From contig MU058423.1 of the NCBI GenBank assembly GCA_013265495.1, forward strand, positions 7,115,449 through 7,179,448: 64,000 bases of DNA. Reading direction: 5' to 3'. The first letter of the stretch is position 1. Each line of letters opens with the position of its first letter. The translations under genes were made by a program, and so were the position numbers. A model generated the notes under the pieces. It was not told the DNA's origin. It searched no databases and saw nothing but the letters and a program-made list of their open reading frames with translations. Shown here in pieces: positions 54,041-64,000 of this stretch. This DNA comes from Vicugna vicugna. Taxonomy: Eukaryota.

Positions 54041-55399
54041 TTATCAAGAGTTCAAACAGCAAATGCTCTTCTTAAGGAGTAAATATAGGTTTTGAATTAT
54101 GGCATCATTTATAAATGAAATGATCACGTTAAACAAAATATATAGGTAAAATAAAGATTATGACTTTTTTTCTAATTTCTGAATTATATTCATTGAAATG
54201 AAAGTTTATTAGCAATAAATTCATAGTAACTTCATAATTACATTTTGAAGTACAGAATACTGTGATTCTGTTGAGTGATACATATTTATATTATTTAGTT
54301 TTTGGTGTAAATTCACAAAATCATGTAACATGAACTGTAAAGAAATTTGCTATGAGACCTATTGCAAAAACCAAAGTATTAAATCCATGATGACTGCATA
54401 TAATTTAAATAAAATGGACTTGCCAAGCAACAGGGATTTAGAACTAGTTTCAGAAATAATAATGTGATTAAAATGAGTTATTTGAGAAAGAAGTACTTGG
54501 GAACTTAAATGTACTGCACATCTATGAGGTCACTCTGTTTATGCACTGGATGAACACAGCACCTGAGCCCAAAGGGTATGGTGCAGAATGAATTTTGTGA
54601 GTTGTAACTGATGAGGAGAATTGTGTCTTCACCAGCCTTTACATTCAGACAGCAGACAGTAATGTCTTTGATGCAGGAATCAATTTACTATTACCCTTTT
54701 GGAAATAGCAAAAACATATTCCTGTACAACAATTATAATATCTGATCTACACACTTATGATTTAATTGAATACATAATTACCTTATCATTTATGTCCCTT
54801 TAGTTCTTCTAGAAAATATAATCTTAAGTAAGCTTTGTACATGTGTTATGGAAATTAATATTTCTCTTATCTTTTGTTTCCCTACATTGGAGACAACAGA
54901 AAAGTAGACCAATACAAATTTTGCTGCAACATCTCATAGCAGAAGTAGCAGTGACTAGCAATGTGTTGGAAAGTGTTGTCACTTTTTTCCTTGAGTGAAT
55001 CTTTCAAATAAATGATAATAAACCTCCCTAACAGAATATTGATCAGAATGTTGTGAGTGGCAGTGATACTGAGGAATAACAATCTAACAGTTATTGAACC
55101 AGTAGAAAAATTAAGTCATCATTTGTAGCACATGTACTTTGTCTCACACATTTTAATACTTGAGAATAAATGTATATTTCCTTAAGGCACTAGAAGATTG
55201 TGCAGTTTGTATCAATCAGTTGTGGAATTTTAATAAGTGAATTTATCAGTATGGCTGTTTAAAATCAAAAGCTAGATCCATGCCCTTTTACTGAAAAAAA
55301 ATCTGGAGATGACTAAAATAATTTTAATATTGTAACCTGAAAATGCATGTATTAAATGGAGTCTTAAGGAGTCCATCTCATGTTGCCGAAGAAAACTTC

Positions 55400-55574
55400 A
55401 TAATAAAAAAATTAAAGCAGTGATTGATATTACTAATTGATAGAAAAACAGAGGAAGCTTTAACCTACCATATATACCATATAATATAATAAAAAAATTA
55501 AAGCAGTGATTGATATTACTAATTGATAGAAAAACAGAGGAAGCTTTAACCTACCATATATACCATATAATATA
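55400..55574. repeat. Perfect 86-bp tandem duplication
   Basis: 55400-55485 is identical to 55486-55571 (ataataaaaaaattaaagcagtgattgatattac...ccatatataccatataat). Confidence 0.92.
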
Positions 55575-55650
55575 TAGGTAATATACAATAAATATATATT
55601 ATAGTATATAACATATATGTATGTGTATTTGTGTGTGTGTGTGTATGTAT
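55575..55650. repeat. TA-rich / (TG)n microsatellite
   Basis: atatatgtatgtgtatttgtgtgtgtgtgtgtatgtat. Confidence 0.7.
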
Positions 55651-56887
55651 CTGTTATTTCCATCCCTGTGCCTTTATTCATGAATGTGAATGGTCAGATG
55701 GTGAAGTGTTAGAGGGAAGCATCCCTCCCATATCTGTGCACACTATGATTAAGATCAGAGATTAGGTTCTTAGGAAAGCCTTCCCTACTGCCAAACTAGA
55801 TCAGTGTACCTACTCTGCATGCCTACTTCACCTTTGCGTGTTTTACAATGTACTATATTTGTTTATTTTATTGTCTACCTTCATTACTAAACTTTGTGAA
55901 CTCCTTAGAATTTCTTTTTTCTTTTTTTTGTTGTCCATGCACAGGATATGCTGGCATATAAGGAAGAGTTAAAAATTTGCAATATGCATGGAAGAGTGGA
56001 TAAATTGTGAAATAATACTGTAATGTGTAAATAGTGGAAAGAGGATTATACTGTGTATTTTATATAAAGTATATATCTCATAGCAAGGAAAATTTCATGT
56101 AACAGTGATTACTGATAGAAACTCAGCCAGGGTCTGTTTTATTGTATCATGTTTTATGAGGCATTTTCCAATCAGAATACTTATTATTTCATGGTAGTAC
56201 AGCAAGTAATTCACTACATTAAGTCTTGCTGCTCTGTTTATGCAGATACATGAGAAAGAAATGACTAAAACAAGAATTTGTTCATAAGCATGAATAGTTT
56301 TTTTCAAAGGAAACTTCCTATTCTCTTGGAAAAAGTGTGTTATCTGTTTTTCATCCTAGTTTTTCTTCAAAAAAAAAAAAACTATGCCATCTGGAAAAAA
56401 TATCAGGAATAAATGAAAATGGAAAAAATGAGGTAGAAAACAGAGTAAAACCATTTAATGTGGATTTCTACCATGATAGACATCAGGCATTTTTTCAAAG
56501 AGGAAAGTCATCCTTTTGATTTGAAGAAACTTTTTACTCGAATCATAGTTTTGTAGCTGTGTTGTAGTTTACTTGTGTTTAAATTCTCTAGACTTTTCAA
56601 ATTCAAATTTTCTTTTCTCCCAAACAATATTTATTTTTGTTACATTTTTAGACAATTGATGACTTGCTTTTTTTAAGCCAGATATTTATAAATCTTCTAA
56701 ACGATAAAATTCAAGTGTGTAAATGCAGCCTTGAGGTTAATGCCCCATACCTTTATGTCACGATTTTAAGGAAAAACCTTCATAGACTCAGGAAATGCCC
56801 ATTATTCAGTTGAATCTCAGAATTTCTGTTCTCCAAATAATAGTCATTATGGCTAGGTTGTATTTTAAACATTACAACAAAATGTTT

Positions 56888-57000
56888 TTAATTGAAGTAC
56901 AATTGACTTACAATATATTAGTTTCAATGTGTAACATAGTGATTGGATATTTTTATACATTACAAAATAATCATGACAATAAGTCTCATTACCATCTGTA
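56888..57000 (-). mobile_element. Short L1 3'-end insertion with TSD
   Basis: ttaattgaagtacaattgacttacaatatattagtttcaatgtgtaacatagtgatt...accatctgt; CAAAATGTTT repeated at 56878-56887 and 57004-57013. Confidence 0.72.
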
Positions 57001-58409
57001 AACCAAAATGTTTAAAGTGTTAAACCAACACTTTGACACTAAGAAATATTTGAAGCTCATGCTTCTATATAGAAATCCTCTTGCATAAATAGTATGAAAT
57101 TCAAAAGATGACACTTAATTTTTAATGCCTGTGTTGTTGTTAACAAATTGCTGCTGCTTCAAGCGTCTGCTTACAGAATTTGTACATTTCTTATCTTTGG
57201 GTCAAAGCACAATGAATGTCTAATAATAAATGAAGTTAACGGTGATGATGTTGAAAAAATAATTACTAATGATATATTAACTTTCTCTCTGAGAGATAAA
57301 TGAGGCCGCAGAACTCTCTTAAGTTTCATAAAATACTTGATACTCATTTTAAATGTGGATTTAAAAGACCGTATGAAAAGACTAGCATGACTCACTATTA
57401 GAATATTAATATAGCATCTGAAAAAGTCAACCTCCTGCCTCACCTTATTTTCCCCATTTGATACCATCTCTGCTACACTCCCTAGCCTCCAATCTCAATC
57501 TCATTTAATGATTTTGAGCACAGTTTATAACAAAAACTGAAGTAAACAAATGGGAAACAAAGAGTATAGGGGAAAATTAAATACAATTTTTTCAGGGATC
57601 ATTATTTCTTTTTTAAACTCTCTATTATGTCTGAACGTATGCAGAAAGTTTCAGCACAGTTAAGATTCATATGGAATCTTTGTGTTTGTTAAGTATTAGT
57701 AAAAATCAATTAGTAAGTGGAAATGAAAAAATATTTTATAAGATAATTATCAATTTTATGTCTTAGAGGGAATCTATTATGAATATATATATTGTGCAGC
57801 CCAAGATAATAAAAGGCCGAAAGGACTCTTATTTTAGTGGGCTATCAAACCAAGTGTCGTGTTTGCATTGATTTGAAAGGTTTCTATGAAATACTGTAAG
57901 TGAAAATATCAAAGACCCAATGTAATGAGTAGGAACAAAATTTAGATATAATGGGAATTTTTAGTATATTTCTAGTTTGAAAAATCGTTGTCCTTGATAC
58001 CTTGAATACTATATGTTATATAATGTAAATGATTCTTTTCTACATGTTTGTTACAAGTTTTAGAAATTTCAAGTTTTGTATTTCACAGATGACTTATGTA
58101 AATGTAAGAAGGAAATCTGAACGCCAAATTTTCAGGATTCGGTTATATATTACAAGATCATATTCTACAATATATTTTTAACCAACTTTCAACTTTCTGA
58201 TTAAAACAAGTAGTTTCAAATATGGAGTTTATGTTTTTCAGGGATTATAAACAGCATGCATAGAAAAAGTGATTTGTTGACATGGTGTCTGCAGTTGTAT
58301 TTTGAAAGTCAGTTTTGTTTAACCTGATTCTTAGGTTGCCAGCATTGTGAAAAGTTTTGGTAAAATACTTTAATAGAGTTTCTATAAAATAACAATATAT
58401 AATCATTTT

Positions 58410-58650
58410 AGTAATAATAACAATAACTAATATTTGCACAGATTTTTTCGTGTCTCAGGCTCTTGTTTACATTTACAAGTATCAACTAACTGAATTCTCA
58501 TAATGACGCTGGGAGACAGCTACTATTATAATCCATATTTTGCAGAGAAGTAAACTGAATCACTCATAGGGTGTGTAACTTGCCAAAGATCACAAAGCTA
58601 GTTGGTGGCAGAGCCAGGATTTAAAGCCAGGAAGTCTGAGTCCAGGCTTT
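58410..58650 (-). mobile_element. MIR SINE, near full length
   Basis: catattttgcagagaagtaaactgaatcactcatagggtgtgtaacttgccaaagatcacaaagctagttggtggcagagccaggatttaaagccaggaagtctgagtccag. Confidence 0.75.
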
Positions 58651-59631
58651 ATGATCTGAAGCACCAGATTCCGTACCTATATTTGATACAGCTATACTGG
58701 AAAGTTCACAAAATATCTTTTTCATGTGTTATATCATTTAAATTTAATGACAATTCTATAGCAAGAGAATTCTTATTAATAATATTTTATGGATGAAAGA
58801 ACTGAAGTTCAAAAATACAATATGTTAAAAGTCACGCAGCTAATAAAAAAGAAATAAAGAATTAGGTAAATAGGTATCCCACAAAGATAGAAAACTATAT
58901 ATATGAAGTAGTATTATGAAAAGTTTTAAATTAGCATTTCTCCATAGCAATCCATGCAGCAGGACAAAAGTTATGCAAATTCCAGAGTAACTTCTCAAGC
59001 TTTTGAATGGCATATGGAGTATGAATATTTTTTCTGCTTTTTCTCCAATACTAGGTTTTAAAAAGTGATGCTATATTTTATGCCATTTCTTCATGCAAAT
59101 TACATAGTTCTGAGAATGAAAATACAGTATCTGTTGACCAGCAAGATTGTTAATTTTGTGCTGTTCTAGTTTGAACACGATATTATGAGAATGTGTAATG
59201 CATGGTTCTTCTGAGATTAATTAAGGAGCCAGTCTTAAAACAGATATAATGATGGAAGTGAATTCAAAACCTTCAATTCATTCCTAATTATACAACATAA
59301 TAAATGATATCTGAGTATTTATCACACTAAGGGTGACAGAGTTATCAGCATTTCTTTCAAAATTGTATCTTTATTGTCTCCTTACATTAACTATGATGTG
59401 ATGATCTGTATTCCACTCAATCTTTGCTTCATTTATCCTTAAGATTCTAGCTAAAAGTTTGTACATAAAAAGGGTTTTGATTTTCCTTACTGTGTTTTAA
59501 ACTAAATAGCTATAGAAAGCCACACTGTATTAGGCTCTGTTACAAATTAAACTAGAGTATTTGTAAATAAGTTCTCAGTTACATTACTTTTATATGTGAT
59601 ACATATTTTAAATGTAGTTTTATGTTTATAG

Positions 59632-59685
59632 GGTCCTCCTGGTGCTGCAGGTGCAGAGGGAAGACAAGGTGAAAAAGGCGCTAAG
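59632..59685 (+). CDS. COL11A1: COL11A1 exon (~55), 54 nt, GPPGAAGAEGRQGEKGAK
   Basis: tttatag|GGT...AAG|gtaaaa. Confidence 0.96.
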
Positions 59686-59817
59686 GTAAAATATACTTTG
59701 TAGGTGTTATGCTTGAAAAACTCATTGTTCATTGAACAACATCCATTCCAGTACTTTTAATAAAATGATAACATATCTTTCTTCATTATGAGTGTGTTCA
59801 TGTATTTTATTTTCTAA

Positions 59818-60072
<255 letters not shown>

Positions 60073-60422
60073 TAATAATTAAAGACAGGGATTTTTAAAA
60101 TATTTAAGCATGTCATTTATTTAATAAGTTCATAGTGGAATTCTAACTTATAAAGCTAGACTAGAAAACTAAACCCTGAGATCTCAAAGACGTAAAAATT
60201 CTATACATGCTTCCATCAATCCATATATGTGTGCGTATGCATGTGCATGTAGACATAAACACAGAAAGTACAAAAACTGAAAAAAATTGCTTACAGTATT
60301 TGTAGATGTTCTCTGTGTGATGGAATGCTTTCTTTCTTTTTTGTATTACCAAAATTAAACTACAGGGGGAAAAAACCTACCTTTGTTAATTTAAAAAATC
60401 AATCGTATTTCTTTTTCCACAG

Positions 60423-60476
60423 GGAGAGCAAGGTCTCCCTGGAGCTGCAGGCCAAGATGGACCACCTGGTCCTATG
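60423..60476 (+). CDS. COL11A1: COL11A1 exon (~57), 54 nt, [18 protein letters not shown]
   Basis: ttccacag|GGA...ATG|gtgagt. Confidence 0.96.
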
Positions 60477-62239
60477 GTGAGTAGCACCTTATGTGTCGTT
60501 TCGAATTCCAGAAATGAAATTGCTCATAAGCTAGAATTCATGAAATTTTTTCTTGTAAATTGGTTATATGTAGGATAATATTCAAGGAACTGAAATTACT
60601 CAGATCTAAAAAGAGGAAAATAATGCTAACTGGTAAGTTATTTGGAAAATATGCCCTTGATCAGAAAATCGTTCCTTTCTTATGGACATTGGATGAAACA
60701 AATATTTCCACTCTGAATAAAATGCCACTAATGGCCCAGCCAGTTCTTTTCCAAATGTGGATAGTTCCCCCAAATGCATGCAATTACACTTAGTTTCCTG
60801 GCACTTCATTTAAAAGAATAGCGTTGGCACAGACATCCAGTGATTCTTTCACCACATAAGTTGTTCTCTTCGTGAGTCATATGGGCTGAAAGATGAAACA
60901 TTAACCCCCATGAGTGAAGAGAGGTGTAATTATTACAACACTGAAGCTTGGCTACTATCATAAACGTTGTATGCAAACAACACACTTGGGAAATGCAGTA
61001 AAGCATTCAGTTGACCAGCCTATGGTTCATACATGGAGTTTATTGTAGGAGCCAAGGCTATCCTTGCTATAAAATTTGGGCAGAAAGTGAGAATCTAAGC
61101 CTCGCCTTTAAAATCGTTGCTTGCTAAGTGACAGATTCTGTTTTATGGTAGAGATACCTGAACTTCATTGTCCCAAAATAATGACAATATAAAGGGATTA
61201 ATTAAAACAGGAAGCAGTATATATCGCCCTTTGCAAGTGTAATGTCTGTTGGTTTAAATAGAGTCCTGAGTAAAGAAATTTAAATCTTATAAAACTGCCT
61301 CTTATCATGAATGTATCAGTTACCTCAGAAATGTGTACGTGCTCAGAAAGCCACCAAAACTGAGATTTGCGATCTTAATTATTCTGGAGAATTTGGCCAT
61401 TCCTTTTAGTAAAAATGTTACAAAAATTTTCTCTAACATTTCAGATATTTCCTAAAAGTTACAGAGATTTTTTTTACCTTTCACTGAAAAGTTAAAGATC
61501 ACTTATTTTAATAACTGGACAGAGGTTACCAAATTTTGAAATTATCAAATCTGATAATGAACCCATTGGCATAGGAACAGGGGCTTGGCTGAAGCAGGAT
61601 CCGCTGCTCCACATCTGCACCACTATTCAGGGAATATTCTTCTTAGACATGCTAAACCCCTAACGGTGCAGAGTCAAGAGCCCAGGAAAAAAATGCTTCA
61701 CCTTAATATCACCCTAAAATTTGCCAAAGGTTTTTCTTGTTATTTCACATTTTCCAATAAGTATTCTGACCTTTCTCCAGATGAAATAAAAAACATGCTG
61801 GAGATTTCCTTCAGCTAATATTAAAAATAAAACCATCAGACGTACCACCTGACTCTGGCTTGGAAAAGTTTATATTTATGAATCTTAGGTAAATGTGGGT
61901 TTACAGAGCAAGGAGCTGAACAACTCACACCCTTCTGGGCAGTGAAATGAAGAGCATCAGAATCAAGCAGCCTGAATGCCATTCCTTTCTCTGACTGCTC
62001 ATTTTATCAGAGAGTACTTAGAATGTGAATATACGGTAGCATTTTCATAGCATCAAATAGTTTGACTGTGATATCTAATTTTAATGAAGATGCTACTTGG
62101 TCTTCATGAGATGAGGATGGGTGGAGAAATCATCTTCAGGTTGTCTTTTATAGCAGTTCAATGAGCTTTTCAACTCAGCTAAGAAATACTTATTTTAGTA
62201 GGCAATTTTGGATTAGACTCAGAAGTGGTATATCGTGAT

Positions 62240-62430
62240 TGCTGGTTAAGATCATCAACTCTCAACCCAAGTGCCCTGGTTTAAAAACGAGCACTACTGC
62301 TTGCTTGGTGGATGACTTTTAGGAAAGTTACTCAATTTTTTTTAAGCTTTAGATTTCTTGTCTGTGAAATGAGAATATGCATAGTATCTGTCTTACAGGG
62401 TATTAGGACATTAAAATGAATTAAATGGGG
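62240..62430 (+). mobile_element. MIR SINE
   Basis: ggttaagatcatcaactctc...gactttttaggaaagttactc...tttcttgtctgtgaaatgagaata...tcttacagggtattaggacattaaaatga. Confidence 0.55.
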
Positions 62431-64000
62431 ATATTAATATCTTTTACCCCATGGGGTTCTTATGTTAATTAAATGACTTATTTGTTAAAAAAAAAAAACT
62501 TAGACCATTTGCTATTTAAGCAACAGTTTAATAACTTTATGTTAACCTTTGGATTGGAAATTCTTTGGTCTAGAGTGAGACAAACATCTGTTCAAGCTCT
62601 TACCATGATATTTTGTATTTGACCACTCTATATGATCAGCTATACCAGAGTTTAAATATGGTACAGTTTTTATTTTTTACCTTAAAATTTAAATATTTCT
62701 CATGGTAAAAATTAAACTTTTACATATGCATGAATGTTATATATAGATAAATATTCAGAATCATCATGTGGAACTAAGAATAGATGAGTAGCACATGTGA
62801 AGGAAAAGAGGACACTAAGGACAAGGATGAGACGGTATAAAGAATGCTTTGGCTGATTCTTTTTAAGCTTTTTTTTTTAGTAAATAGTCAACAAAAATCA
62901 AATGGGAATAAAATGGAGTGTTTAGGAGAGAATCATAATCATTCTACATTCTCTCCCCTGCTGCTTAGTCAAAATTTACATGATGTAATCATTTCAAACT
63001 AATTATTTTATCTTTTGAAGGCATGATTAGTATCTATTTTAGTTTAAGCTTTTATTTTGTTTTGTTTCATAATCTTTCATTTTAAGAACCTACTTGTTTC
63101 AGTATAGCTGAAAAATTGGTCAATAATTATCTTTGGACATGTTTACCTTACTATTATCACACATTAATTCTTTTCACATATTGATAAATAAAATATTTGA
63201 TAACATCATTTTAAAAAACAGTAAGTGCCTGAATAAATGGTAGGATGGGTTACTGAATTATATTTTTATTTTTTTAAATGCTACATTTAAATAATCTGTA
63301 AACAGGTTTGAGATGCATAACATTCTGTAATGACTAAGCAGGTTGACTGATTAAACAATGATTAAACAACAAAGCATTTGCTTTCCACCAAATTAAGCAT
63401 CAGTTCACAATATTACATTCTAAATAAAATGTAGGATCTGTAGTTTCTTTAACTTCAGGGCTCTAGAATTTTGAGATGCATATCCAAGCAAATATTCTGC
63501 ACAACATAATACCGCAGGGGAAATATTTGGTTGTGTATTCTAGGCACTTAAAAATGTATCACCCCTGTTTTCCTTTTCCCTTTATTACTTATGAATTATG
63601 TATTTCCCTAGGGTTTTTCAATTTACAGTATCCTAAAGAGGAAACAGAAAATATGTGTACCTGAAATAACATTTTTATATGCAGAGCTGATATTTTTGAT
63701 ATGTTCCAGGTTCAGAGGGTTGTTTATAACTGCTATCAACATCATAACTTCACCAATTTCTATTTCCAACTGATGAAAATGATAAGAAACTGATTTTGCT
63801 TGGCAAATTCCTCCTTAAATATAGTTCATAATTTTATAAGAGATTAATACCTTAGAGGAATTAAAGCTCATTTCCTCTAACTCCTTCATGAATAATATTT
63901 ATAGAAATGATTTAAAATGCATCATAAACACAAATAATGTCTAGTATGTTTTTCATTAAACTTGAGCAATTAGCATCCCTAGTATTTCTTCTGTTTTGCT

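Noticed and set aside
55400..55574. CRISPR-like or minisatellite array
   Set aside because: Only two abutting units with no spacer, in eukaryotic DNA.

Overview
AT-rich mammalian genomic DNA lying entirely within a fibrillar collagen gene on the + strand. I find 21 phase-0 GT-AG exons (14x54, 6x108, 1x90 nt; 1494 nt, 498 aa of uninterrupted Gly-X-Y). They match COL11A1 as I recall it, approximately human exons 37-57 (numbering from memory). Two tRNA-derived SINEs of the Vic type point to a camelid, and the L1 3' ends and SYNGR2 residues fit a cetartiodactyl. Introns carry ordinary old repeats (MLT1, MER5, MER20, MIR, L2, L1) and one perfect 86-bp tandem duplication. The standout is a 1.5-kb antisense SYNGR2 retrocopy (49625-51137) in a 12-kb intron. 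It has an intact ORF, an in-frame tail deletion and apparently A/T->G/C-biased substitutions, and it forms a CpG island in otherwise CpG-poor DNA. Candidate splice signals on both strands could express it or fuse it to the collagen transcript. Repeat boundaries are approximate and family names come from recognising consensus sequences, not from a database search.
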